Under the pieces are notes generated by a model. It worked only from the letters and a program-made list of their open reading frames with translations, had not been told where the DNA came from and did not search any database. Positions 9,216-18,025 of a DNA stretch of 51,121 nucleotides are shown here, in pieces. The DNA lies in assembly GCA_030651905.1 (NCBI GenBank), contig JAUSBS010000001.1, forward strand, positions 1-51,121, given 5' to 3'. The DNA comes from Coriobacteriia bacterium (GTDB taxonomy: Bacteria; Actinomycetota; Coriobacteriia; Anaerosomatales; PALSA-660). Positions within the stretch are counted from its first letter, which is position 1, and each line of letters starts with the position of its first letter. A program made the translations under genes and the position numbers.

Positions 9216-9273
9216 TCTTGTCGTCCTTCCGAAGACTCGCGGCCGGCGCGTTCGCGCGCGGCGCTGCTGTTGG

Positions 9274-10233
9274 CTACTGGAAATCCGGATCGAAGAGTTC
9301 GGATACGGACTCGTCATCGTAGACGTTCTGGATGGCATGTGCGAACAGGGGCGCCACAGACAGCACGTGGATCTTGCCGTGAGTGCGCTCCTCGGGTGTC
9401 GGCAGGGTGTTCGTGATGATGAGCTCAACGATGGGCGCCGTGTCGATCCGCTCGAATGCCGGCGGCGAGAAGATGCCGTGCGTCGCGGCCACGTAGACCG
9501 CCTTCGCCCCGGCGTTCATGAGGGCCTTCGCGCCCTCGCTGACGGAGCCCGCGGTGTCGATCATGTCGTCGGCCACGATGCAGGTGCGCCCGGCGACCTC
9601 ACCGATGACGTGCGTGATCTCAGCGACGTTGTGCTGCGGGCGGCCCTTGTGCATGATCGCGAGCTCGGCGCCGAGCATGTCCGCGAGCTTCTTGCACACC
9701 TTCACGCGGCCCACGTCCGGCGAGACCACGGTGATGTCCTCGAGCTTGAGACTCTCGAAGTAGTCGGCCAGGATCGGGAGCGCGGTCAGGTGGTTCACCG
9801 GCAGGTTGAAGAAGCCCTGGATCTGGCCTTGGTGGAGGTCCATCGTGATGACGCGGTCGACGCCCGAGACCGTGATGAGGTCGGCGACGAGCTTGGCGGT
9901 GATCGGCTCGCGCGCTGCCGACTTCTTGTCCTGGCGCGCATAGCCGTAGTGGGTGATGACGGCGGTGATGGTGCGTGCGGAGGCACGCCGGGCCGCGTCG
10001 GCCATGATGAGCAGCTCCATCAAAGACGCGTTGACCGGGTTGGCCACGGACTGCACGAGGAACACGTCGGCGCCGCGTACGCTCTCGAGATAGCGCACAT
10101 AGATCTCGCCGTTGGCGAACCGGTCGATCTTGACGTTGCCGAGCTCGATGCCGAGGTGCTTGGCGATCCCTTCCGCAAGCTCCGGGTTCGCACTGCCGGT
10201 GAACACCATCATCCGTTTGCTCATCTGACTCAT
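9274..10233 (-). CDS. prs: Ribose-phosphate pyrophosphokinase
   Basis: FANGE, YARQDKK, DLHQGQIQGFF and DDMIDTAGS motifs; ATGA overlap with the glmU stop. Confidence 0.97.
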   Translation of the reverse strand: MSQMSKRMMVFTGSANPELAEGIAKHLGIELGNVKIDRFANGEIYVRYLESVRGADVFLVQSVANPVNASLMELLIMADAARRASARTITAVITHYGYARQDKKSAAREPITAKLVADLITVSGVDRVITMDLHQGQIQGFFNLPVNHLTALPILADYFESLKLEDITVVSPDVGRVKVCKKLADMLGAELAIMHKGRPQHNVAEITHVIGEVAGRTCIVADDMIDTAGSVSEGAKALMNAGAKAVYVAATHGIFSPPAFERIDTAPIVELIITNTLPTPEERTHGKIHVLSVAPLFAHAIQNVYDDESVSELFDPDFQ

Positions 10234-11627
10234 GACTGCGTGCTGCTCCCTTGCGTGTCCGTCGTATCCTCGGCCGCCTTGCGGTCGGCCCACCCTTCCA
10301 CGTTGCGCTGCCCGGTCCGCTCGATCCCGAGCGCTCCCGGCGGCACATCCTTCGCGATCGCGCTGCCTGCGCCGGTCACAGCCCGCTCTCCCACCGTCAC
10401 AGGCGCCACGAGCATCGTATCCGAACCGATGAACGCGCCGTCGCCGATGACCGTGCGGTGCTTGCCCCGCCCGTCGTAGTTGCAGGTGATCGAGCCGGCG
10501 CCGACGTTCACGTCGGACCCTATCTCCGCATCACCTATGTAGGAGAGGTGGGGCACCTTGGAACCTTCCCCGATATGCGAGTTCTTGACCTCGACGAACG
10601 CGCCTGTCTTCGCGCGAGCCTCGAGCCTGGTACCCGGCCGCAGGAAGCCCATGGGGCCGACGGTCGCGTCCGGACCGACCTTGACCCCGGTGAGGACCGA
10701 CGAATCCACCCGAGCGCGCGGCCCGATCTCCGAGTCGTGCACCCGTGCGGACGGGCCGATCGTCGCGCCATCGGCCACGGTGGTGTCGCCGGTGAGGAAC
10801 GTCATCGGCTCGAGCACGACGTCCCGACCGATGCGCACGGTGGGCGAGACCCACACGAGCGTCGGATCGGTCATCGTGACGCCGGCGAGCATGTGCGCGT
10901 CGTTCACGCGCCGCTGCAGGACGCGGGTCGCCTCGGCCAGCTGGATGCGCGTGTTGACGCCCATCCCCTCCGCCGCGTCCTCGGTCGTGAGCGCAACGAC
11001 GGGCAACCCCTCGGCGCGCAGGACGGCGACCATGTCGGTCAGGTAGTACTCGCCCTGCGCGTTGTCCGTCCGCACGCGATGCAGGTGTTCGAAGAGCGTG
11101 CGTGCTTCGAAGCAGTAGGTGCCCGTGTTGACCTCATCGATGCGGGCCTGCTCCAGTGTGGCGTCCTTCGCCTCGACGATGGCGTCCACCGAGCCATCCG
11201 CGCCGCGGACGATCCGGCCGAGCGTCGGGTCGGGCACCCGCGCGGTGAGGACCGACATCGCCGCGCCGCCGCCCTCGCGCGCGGCCACGAGCGCGCGCAG
11301 GGTCGCGGGTCGCATGAGCGGAGTGTCTCCGGAGAGCACGAGCAGGGAGCCGGAGTACCCCGCGAGCGCGGCCTCGCCGCACATGACCGCATGTCCGGTG
11401 CCGAGCTGCAGATCCTGGCGGGCGCACGTCTCGCCCGGGATCAGGGCCTCGACCGCGTCGGCGCTGTGTCCGGTGATCACGACCACGGGATCGCAGCCCG
11501 CCTCGCGTGCCGCAGCCACGACCAGCGTGATCATCGGCACGCCGAGCACGGGGTGGGCGACCTTCGGCAGACCGGACTTCATCCGGGTGCCTTCACCTGC
11601 GGCGAGAACGAGGGCCGCCGTGCTCAT
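10230..11627 (-). CDS. glmU: Bifunctional UDP-GlcNAc pyrophosphorylase / GlcN-1-P acetyltransferase
   Basis: LAAGEGTRMKS, QLGTGHAV, EYYLTD, HLSYIGD and NYDG motifs plus hexapeptide repeats. Confidence 0.97.
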   Translation of the reverse strand: MSTAALVLAAGEGTRMKSGLPKVAHPVLGVPMITLVVAAAREAGCDPVVVITGHSADAVEALIPGETCARQDLQLGTGHAVMCGEAALAGYSGSLLVLSGDTPLMRPATLRALVAAREGGGAAMSVLTARVPDPTLGRIVRGADGSVDAIVEAKDATLEQARIDEVNTGTYCFEARTLFEHLHRVRTDNAQGEYYLTDMVAVLRAEGLPVVALTTEDAAEGMGVNTRIQLAEATRVLQRRVNDAHMLAGVTMTDPTLVWVSPTVRIGRDVVLEPMTFLTGDTTVADGATIGPSARVHDSEIGPRARVDSSVLTGVKVGPDATVGPMGFLRPGTRLEARAKTGAFVEVKNSHIGEGSKVPHLSYIGDAEIGSDVNVGAGSITCNYDGRGKHRTVIGDGAFIGSDTMLVAPVTVGERAVTGAGSAIAKDVPPGALGIERTGQRNVEGWADRKAAEDTTDTQGSSTQS

Positions 11628-11687
11628 CGGTGCTCCTTAGCCTGGAACGGAAGCGCGTGTCTCATCGCGTGCCTCCGGTGAGGGCGG

Positions 11688-11762
11688 TGGCTGGGGCGGC
11701 AGGATTCGAACCTGCGGATGGAGGCTCCAAAGGCCCCTGCCTTACCGCTTGGCTACGCCCCA
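11688..11762 (-). tRNA. tRNA-Gln (TTG)
   Basis: TGGGGCGTAGCCAAGCGGTAAGGC...CT TTG GA...GGTTCGAATCC...CCA folds as a cloverleaf. Confidence 0.97.
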
Positions 11763-11813
11763 ACGGTACCGCCGAAGTGTAGCAAATGAGGATGCGATGC
11801 TGACGGGTCGGGC

Positions 11814-12119
11814 CTACTCGACCGCGTAGACCTCGGCCGTCGCCGCCGCGGCCGCGAAGGCCTCGAGCCCGCCGTCGACCTGGAACTGCTCGAGGACCGC
11901 GGCTTGGATCATGTTACGCGCGTCCGTGTTGATGGGGTGGCAGATGTCGCGGAACTCGCCGTTGGGAAGCTTGCGCGAGGGCATCGCGACGAAGAGCCCT
12001 TTGTCGCCGTTGACGACGCGGAGGTCGTGCACGACGAACTGGTCGTCGAGGACGACGCTGGCGATGGCGCAGACCTTGTTCATCGCGACCGGACGCAGGG
12101 TCACCTTTGTGATCTCCAT
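11814..12119 (-). CDS. spoVG: SpoVG family nucleic-acid-binding protein
   Basis: MEITKV, FVVHDLRVV.G.KGLFVAMPSRK and FRDICHPIN motifs. Confidence 0.95.
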   Translation of the reverse strand: MEITKVTLRPVAMNKVCAIASVVLDDQFVVHDLRVVNGDKGLFVAMPSRKLPNGEFRDICHPINTDARNMIQAAVLEQFQVDGGLEAFAAAAATAEVYAVE

Positions 12120-12192
12120 TGCAGCCCCCCAGATGCGACCCGACTCGTTTCCGCCTCGCGCACTCGCACGTCGCGGGTCGTCTGAGGGAGAT

Positions 12193-12219
12193 GTTCGACG
12201 TCCGGCCAGCGGCTCCTGC
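12193..12219 (-). promoter_or_regulatory. Sigma-H (Spo0H)-like promoter of spoVG
   Basis: GCAGGA-N17-GAAC on the minus strand in the spoVG upstream intergenic region. Confidence 0.55.
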
Positions 12220-12253
12220 CAGTCTCCCCCAGCCCGGCGTCACGCGCGGGACC

Positions 12254-13018
12254 CTATTCTGAGGCGCAGGCGCGCTCCCGCAAGACACGCTCGACCAGCG
12301 CGAGATCGGACGGCTTGTCCACATCGACGGCCAACGATGCGTGGGGGGTGACCACCGCCGCACCGGTCCCGCCGAGCAGTTGCTGGATCTTGCCCGCCAG
12401 GTCCTGCGGCTCCAGTCTGCCCATGACGAATCTGACGACGAAGCCGACTCCCGCGATCCGCAGCATGCCGATCGTGTTCTTGCGCTGGTCGAACAGCCGC
12501 TGCCCCAGATCCCGCGCGGCCGGGATGAGTCGTGGATTCGCGAGCATGGCGTTCCCGCCCGTGTGGGAGCCGCTCTTCAAGCGGAAGTAGGTCCGTTCGC
12601 TGCCGGGGAACTGCCGCTCCATCTCGTCGCGGCGCACCATGGGATAGATGAAATCGGCCTCGGTCTCGAGGCTGGCGCGCACCAGATCGTCGATCGCATC
12701 GGGTGTCACGAGCGGGATGTCGCCTGTGGCGATGAGCACCGGTCGGTCCGCGCGGAAGGACGCCGCTCCGGCGAGCGCGTTGTCCATGAACATGCCGTCC
12801 GAGACGACGAGCTTGTCCACGCGGTCGACCCACGACCCCAGTCCCTCCGCGGTGGGCATGACGACCGCGATCTCGTTGATCGTGGTGGCGGCGCAGAACG
12901 CGTCGACGACCCACTCCACGAGAGGCTTGCCCGCGACGGGAACGAGCCCCTTGAACTTGCACGTCGGGTCGATGACCTCTCCGTCACCGCCGGCGAGTAT
13001 GACCGCGTCGACCTTCAC
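12254..13018 (-). CDS. MobA-like NTP-transferase domain protein
   Basis: VILAGG, KGLVPVAGKP, TGDIP and VDVDKPSD motifs. Confidence 0.85.
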   Translation of the reverse strand: MKVDAVILAGGDGEVIDPTCKFKGLVPVAGKPLVEWVVDAFCAATTINEIAVVMPTAEGLGSWVDRVDKLVVSDGMFMDNALAGAASFRADRPVLIATGDIPLVTPDAIDDLVRASLETEADFIYPMVRRDEMERQFPGSERTYFRLKSGSHTGGNAMLANPRLIPAARDLGQRLFDQRKNTIGMLRIAGVGFVVRFVMGRLEPQDLAGKIQQLLGGTGAAVVTPHASLAVDVDKPSDLALVERVLRERACASE

Positions 13019-13020
13019 CG

Positions 13021-13935
13021 CTACCTCGCCCTCATCGTCGGATCGACCACGTCCAGTCCGGCGGACACGGTGCGCGTTGCGCACGCCCACCAGCCGCGCT
13101 CTCGCGCCTCCGCCGCGCAGGACTCCGCCGAGGCCGGGTCGGCGCAGACACCGAACACCGTCGAGCCGCTGCCCGCCATCGCGAAGCCGAGCACGCCGGC
13201 CGACCGTTCGAGGAATCGTAGCGTGAGACCTATGTCGGGCACCAGAGCGACGGAAGGCTCGGTCATGTTGTCGTAAAGCGCCGCCGCGATGGCTTCGCGG
13301 GCACCGCCACGGATCGCCGTGACCATCGCTTCATGCGAGGGTGGCGCCGGCTGCAGTGTCCGGTCGAACCGCGCGTAGGCCGCGCCTGTCTCGACCGGGA
13401 TGCCGGGATTGACCAAGACGACGTCCAGAAGTGGCGTGGGCAGTGTCTCCACAAGCTCGTCGCCGCGTCCCATCAGAAGCTGCGTACCGCCGCCCAGGAA
13501 GAAGGGGACGTCCGCGCCGAGCCTCGCCGCCGCTCCAGCCATGCGTGCGCCCGCTGACTCCTCGATCCCGTCGAGCAACGCCAACGCCTTCAGCACCGCC
13601 GCCGCGTCCGCGCTCCCGCCGCCAAGGCCGGCCCCGGCGGGGATGCGTTTGCGCAGCTGGATGTGGGCCCCGGCGGTGACGTCGGAGGATTCGAACCAGT
13701 ACTGCGCTGCGCGGTGGGCGAGATTGTGCTCCGGCGCGACACCGACGTCCGGTTCGCAGTCCAGGGTGAGGGCTTCGCCGCCGAGTGTGACCGCGACGTC
13801 GTCATGGAGTTCGAGAGCCTGGATCACGGTCGTGACGTCGTGGTACCCGTCCTCGCGGCGACCCCCCACCGCAAGGAAGAGATTGACCTTCGCGTGTGCC
13901 TTGATGAGCACGGTAGGCGCGAGCCGGTCCGTCAC
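13021..13935 (-). CDS. ispE: 4-diphosphocytidyl-2-C-methyl-D-erythritol kinase
   Basis: AKVNLFL, DGYH, IPAGAGLGGGSADAA, GADVPF and GSGSTVF motifs. Confidence 0.96.
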   Translation of the reverse strand: MTDRLAPTVLIKAHAKVNLFLAVGGRREDGYHDVTTVIQALELHDDVAVTLGGEALTLDCEPDVGVAPEHNLAHRAAQYWFESSDVTAGAHIQLRKRIPAGAGLGGGSADAAAVLKALALLDGIEESAGARMAGAAARLGADVPFFLGGGTQLLMGRGDELVETLPTPLLDVVLVNPGIPVETGAAYARFDRTLQPAPPSHEAMVTAIRGGAREAIAAALYDNMTEPSVALVPDIGLTLRFLERSAGVLGFAMAGSGSTVFGVCADPASAESCAAEARERGWWACATRTVSAGLDVVDPTMRAR

Positions 13936-14023
13936 CGCCCATGACCTCCCCGAAGCACAGAAGCGGGCGCGGGAACCTGATTCGGCTCCCGCGCCCGTCA
14001 CCGTGCGCTCGTCTTCGTACCCG

Positions 14024-14305
14024 TCAGTTGAGCCAGGGGAAGACGCTCTCCCCGCTCTCGCAGTGCGTCAACTCGACCGTGCCCGTCAGGATATCCACAT
14101 AGCTGTACGAGACCCGTGCGGTACGATCGCGCTTCTCGTCGACTTTGACGACGAAGAGACTCGGATGAGTCTCTTCGAGAACACCTTCGCGTTCCACGAT
14201 CTTCGAGCGGCCCATGTTCGCCTTCAGCCGCATCCTCGTGCCCATGAGGCTCTGAAGGTCGCTGCGTATGCGACCGACGACCTCGACCTGCCTGACTACA
14301 TCCAT
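14024..14305 (-). CDS. veg: Veg family protein
   Basis: ANMGRSK...EGVLEETHPSLFVV and RVSYSYVDILT motifs; GGAGG SD. Confidence 0.93.
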   Translation of the reverse strand: MDVVRQVEVVGRIRSDLQSLMGTRMRLKANMGRSKIVEREGVLEETHPSLFVVKVDEKRDRTARVSYSYVDILTGTVELTHCESGESVFPWLN

Positions 14306-14329
14306 GTATCGCCTCCCATGAGTAGGGGG

Positions 14330-14358
14330 ATTATACAGTGCTAACCGGCAAAACTCAA
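14330..14358 (-). promoter_or_regulatory. Housekeeping sigma promoter of veg
   Basis: TTGAGT-N17-TATAAT. Confidence 0.75.
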
Positions 14359-15221
14359 GGTAGAAGGCCCTGTCCGCGTGCTTCGCGGGCCAGATCGATG
14401 TACTCGTCGAGCGAGAGCGACTCCGCCCTGCGCCGACCGTCGATGCCGGCCGCGGCCGCTGCCGCGTCGAAGGCAGCGCCCTCCCAGCCGGTCGACGACA
14501 GCACCGAGTTGCGCAGTGTCTTGCGGCGCTGGGCGAAGGCCGCTGATGCGAGCGATGCGACGCCGGCGGCCGACGCGGCCAGGCCCGCGTCCCCGACACG
14601 GTCGAGTCGCAGGACGGCGGAATCGACGCGAGGCGGCGGCATGAAGCAGGCCCGGGGAACAGCGAAGCGGCCGGTCACGCGAGCCTGCAGACGCAGCTTC
14701 ACTGTGTAGGCACCGTACGCCTTCGAGCCCGGCGAGGCGCATATCCGGTCCGCGACCTCGGCCTGCACCATGACGACGGCGGTCCGCAGCGACGGGATCT
14801 CCTCGAAGAAGCGCAGGATGACGGTCGCAGCGACGCCGTACGGCAGGTTCGCCACGAGATACTCGGGTGGGCCCAGCGGGGTGACGAGCTCCGCAGGCGG
14901 GACGCGCACGGCGTCAGCCTGGACGATCTTCAGCGCCGGGAACGCCGTGACCACTTCGCCCAGCGCCGGGAGCAGCCCCGCATCCCGCTCCACCGCGACG
15001 ACCGCGCCGGCGACGCCGCACAGCGCCGCGGTCAGCGTCCCGATGCCGGGACCGACCTCTAAGACGACGGAGCCGCTCGGCAGGTCCGCCAGAGCGAGGA
15101 TGCGGCCGACGATGTTGTCGTCGATGAGGAAGTGCTGGCCCAGCGACTTCTTGAGCACCAGACCGTGCCGCAGGAGCGCGTCGCGCGTCGCGGAGGGACT
15201 TGCGAGCGGCGAGTGGGCCAC
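14355..15221 (-). CDS. rsmA: 16S rRNA adenine dimethyltransferase
   Basis: KKSLGQHFL, EVGPGIG, ANLPY and QRRKTLRN motifs. Confidence 0.96.
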   Translation of the reverse strand: MAHSPLASPSATRDALLRHGLVLKKSLGQHFLIDDNIVGRILALADLPSGSVVLEVGPGIGTLTAALCGVAGAVVAVERDAGLLPALGEVVTAFPALKIVQADAVRVPPAELVTPLGPPEYLVANLPYGVAATVILRFFEEIPSLRTAVVMVQAEVADRICASPGSKAYGAYTVKLRLQARVTGRFAVPRACFMPPPRVDSAVLRLDRVGDAGLAASAAGVASLASAAFAQRRKTLRNSVLSSTGWEGAAFDAAAAAAGIDGRRRAESLSLDEYIDLAREARGQGLLP

Positions 15222-15225
15222 GCCC

Positions 15226-16362
15226 CTACTTGCCGAGGACGGTGACGGTGACGGTGCCTCGGCGATGTGCGGCACCCCAGCGATACGCCGCGTCTCTCGC
15301 CTGCCGCACCTGAGCGTACGTGCCCGCTGACGACGACGGCGCATTGGAGTCAGCGCCCCAGAAGCAGACGTCGATCTTCTTGCCGTGGATGACGCCGCCG
15401 GTATCGCATGCGATCGCGTAGCCGTAACCTTCGACGAATACCTTGCTCTTGAGCGGTATCACGCGCTCGTCGACGGCGATGATGCCCCATCCGTCGGGGA
15501 TGCCGAGTGACTTGCGCTTGGCCGCCACCCAAGCGAAACCCTTCGAGAATTCGGTATGTCCGATGCAACTCGGGTCCCACGGGGTGTACGCGGTGGAGGT
15601 GACCTTGATGGTGCGTCCCGCGACGTCAGGCGCCGTCGGGCGTGACTGCCCGCGCGAGACCATCACCTGCCGGAAGACGTTGCTCGTACCAAGGGTCACT
15701 ACCTCGGTCACCGGCGCGACGAGTTGCTTCTGCGCCTTGAGGAAGCGCGGCCCCTCGGCCCCGCCGACCACGAGCACCTGGTAGACCTTCAGTGACGTAC
15801 CGGCGACACCGGGGGTCGTCACTTTCCGGGATCCGGGCGCGGCACTGACGTCCCCGACGACTACGACGTCGAACGGGATCACGACCTCTTCCTGGGCCAC
15901 GCGGATGAACACGTCGGTGGCGGTGATCTCCATGTCGTGCTCGAGCGGAGAATCCACCGCGGGGTCGGTCTGCATGCCGGAGGTGGGGTCGAGTCCGGCA
16001 GCGACGAGAGCGTCGGCCACGGTACGGCCCACGACGTTGAGCAGTATCCGCTCGTCACCGAAGTGGAGCGTGACCGGGATCGCGTGACGGACGACGACGA
16101 CGTCGCCGTCGACGATCTCCGTTCCGCGCCCGGGACTGACGAGGTCGTTGGCGGATGCACGAACGCCCGCCTCAGCGAGGAGCGAGGCGACGTCTGCAGA
16201 CTGGGTCGTGAATTCGGTCACGGTGCCGTCGACGATGACGGTCACGCGCTTGTTGGCCCATGCGAATCCGGTGATGCACGCTACTGCGACGGTTGCGGCG
16301 GCGAGGGCTGCGATGAGGTGGTGGGCTTTCAGGAAACGTGCCGGGCCACCCGGCAGTCTCAC
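15226..16362 (-). CDS. YabE/SpsB-like protein (DUF348 repeats, G5, 3D domain)
   Basis: N-terminal TM, ubiquitin-like repeats (VADAL...G), G5 segment, and 3D motifs STAY, IAVD..VIPL, DTGG, IDV. Confidence 0.88.
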   Translation of the reverse strand: MRLPGGPARFLKAHHLIAALAAATVAVACITGFAWANKRVTVIVDGTVTEFTTQSADVASLLAEAGVRASANDLVSPGRGTEIVDGDVVVVRHAIPVTLHFGDERILLNVVGRTVADALVAAGLDPTSGMQTDPAVDSPLEHDMEITATDVFIRVAQEEVVIPFDVVVVGDVSAAPGSRKVTTPGVAGTSLKVYQVLVVGGAEGPRFLKAQKQLVAPVTEVVTLGTSNVFRQVMVSRGQSRPTAPDVAGRTIKVTSTAYTPWDPSCIGHTEFSKGFAWVAAKRKSLGIPDGWGIIAVDERVIPLKSKVFVEGYGYAIACDTGGVIHGKKIDVCFWGADSNAPSSSAGTYAQVRQARDAAYRWGAAHRRGTVTVTVLGK

Positions 16363-16412
16363 ATTCGACCCCCTGGTTCTTTGGCAACAGGTCGGTGACG
16401 TGACGGAGTCGA

Positions 16413-16441
16413 ATTATAGTCGAGCCCGTGGGAGGCCACAA
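16413..16441 (-). promoter_or_regulatory. Housekeeping sigma promoter of the yabE-rsmA unit
   Basis: TTGTGG-N17-TATAAT. Confidence 0.65.
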
Positions 16442-16493
16442 ACCCGCAGGTCGCCACGGAACGCTTTCCCAAGACGCCCGTCGGCGGTGCGGA

Positions 16494-17096
16494 TCAGCCG
16501 CGCGCGACCGAGCCCGCGATGCCCGCGCCGAGGGCGGTCGCGGCCAGCCGGGCGTCGGGATGACGGCCGATATCACTGGGTGAGTCGACGCCTTCGAGCA
16601 CGAGCGGCTCCGCAACCGTCAATCCGATGACCGCGAAGACGCTGCGCGTGGTGGTGACCGCACACTCGTACCCATACGGGTCCTTGCCTCCGCGCACCAC
16701 CAGCAGCCCTCCAGGGCGCTTCTCCGGCACGGGCCGCCCCAGCTGGTACCTGCGTGCCCAGTAGGGCTGACACCGGTCGTAGAGCGCCTTGAGGACCGCG
16801 GGGACGGTCGCGAAGTACACCGGCGTGGAGACCACGACCGCCGCCGCGCTGTCGAGCAGCGCGTAGACCTCGCCCATGCGGTCCTTGACGACACACTCAC
16901 CCGTCAGCGAGCAGGCGTTGCAGCCGCGGCACGGCGCGATGCCGTACTCGACCACGGGCAGCTTGAAGACCGGTGCGCCGGCGGCACGCGCGCCGGCCAG
17001 GCACGCGTCGAGGAGTCGTTCGCTGTTGCCGTCCCTGCGCGGGCTCCCGGCGATCCCCAGCACGGTCCCGGGCGCGAGCTCGGGAGAGTCAGTCAT
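16494..17096 (-). CDS. Flavodoxin family / iron-sulfur flavoprotein
   Basis: GSPRRDGNS, CRGCNAC.....C and STPVYF motifs. Confidence 0.9.
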   Translation of the reverse strand: MTDSPELAPGTVLGIAGSPRRDGNSERLLDACLAGARAAGAPVFKLPVVEYGIAPCRGCNACSLTGECVVKDRMGEVYALLDSAAAVVVSTPVYFATVPAVLKALYDRCQPYWARRYQLGRPVPEKRPGGLLVVRGGKDPYGYECAVTTTRSVFAVIGLTVAEPLVLEGVDSPSDIGRHPDARLAATALGAGIAGSVARG

Positions 17097-17107
17097 CGTC
17101 GTGCGCT

Positions 17108-17974
17108 CTAGTTCCCGCCACCGAGCACCCTGCGAGCGTTCGTCAGTGTCGCGGTGGCCACGTCAGCGGGAGACAGTCCCTTGATCTCAGCGAGGGCCGC
17201 CACGGTGAAGGTGACCCATGCCGGCTCGTTGCTGCGCCCGCGATGCGGTACCGGTGTCATGAACGGGCTGTCCGTCTCGGCAAGGAGCCGGTCGATCGGG
17301 ACGACCTCGACCGCAGAGTGGATGATCTCCGCCCGCGCGAAGGTGACCGGCCCGGCGAACGAGATGTGGCATCCCATCTCGAGGAGCATCTCGGCGGTCT
17401 TCGGGCCCTCGGTGAAGCAGTGGATGATGCAGCCGGCCTTGGGCACGCCGAGATCCCGCAGGATCGCGATGCCCTCCTCGTGCGCCTCACGCAGGTGTAC
17501 GGCGATCGGCAGCCCGAGCTCGTGGGCGAGGCCGAGCTGCGCCTCGAACGCCCGGCGCTGGTGGTCTCGCGGTGAGTGATCGTAGTGGAAGTCGAGGCCT
17601 ATCTCGCCGATGGCGCCGACGCGGGGATCCACGGCGAGCTGGCGGAGCGTGTCCGCCGTCTCGGGCGTGTAGCCCTTCGCGTTGTGCGGGTGCACGCCGA
17701 CGATGATGCGCACCTCGGGCGTCTCGGGATGTGGGACGCCCCACAGGTCCATCCGCTCCTTGGCCTCGTCGATCCATGATCCGAGCGCGTCGAACGTACC
17801 GAGCGGCGCCTCGGTGACGTCGGCGACCGTCGCTATGTACATGACGCCCGCCACCACAGCGCGCTCGAGCGCGCCGGCCGGGTCGTCGAGCATGTCGAGA
17901 TGAGCGTGCGTATCGGCGGTCTGCGCGCCCAAGCGCGGGACCTCGATGCGCGGCTTGCGTTCGTCCATCTTCAC
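17108..17974 (-). CDS. tatD: TatD family hydrolase
   Basis: DTHAH, GVHPH, GEIGLD, HCF and ETDSP motifs, with an insertion of about 25 aa before GVHPH. Confidence 0.93.
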   Translation of the reverse strand: MKMDERKPRIEVPRLGAQTADTHAHLDMLDDPAGALERAVVAGVMYIATVADVTEAPLGTFDALGSWIDEAKERMDLWGVPHPETPEVRIIVGVHPHNAKGYTPETADTLRQLAVDPRVGAIGEIGLDFHYDHSPRDHQRRAFEAQLGLAHELGLPIAVHLREAHEEGIAILRDLGVPKAGCIIHCFTEGPKTAEMLLEMGCHISFAGPVTFARAEIIHSAVEVVPIDRLLAETDSPFMTPVPHRGRSNEPAWVTFTVAALAEIKGLSPADVATATLTNARRVLGGGN

Positions 17975-18025
17975 AACCCCTTAGCGTCGCGTACCGCGGT
18001 GCGGCACCCTACTGCTCCTGCAGTC

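Noticed and set aside
16363-16412. Possible c-di-AMP (ydaO) riboswitch before the yabE-like gene
   Set aside because: The leader after the TATAAT is only about 45 nt and lacks the conserved riboswitch motifs.
17960-18010. Possible frameshift or readthrough extending the TatD N-terminus
   Set aside because: There is an in-frame TAA just upstream, a usable SD and start codon exist, and all TatD motifs are in one frame.
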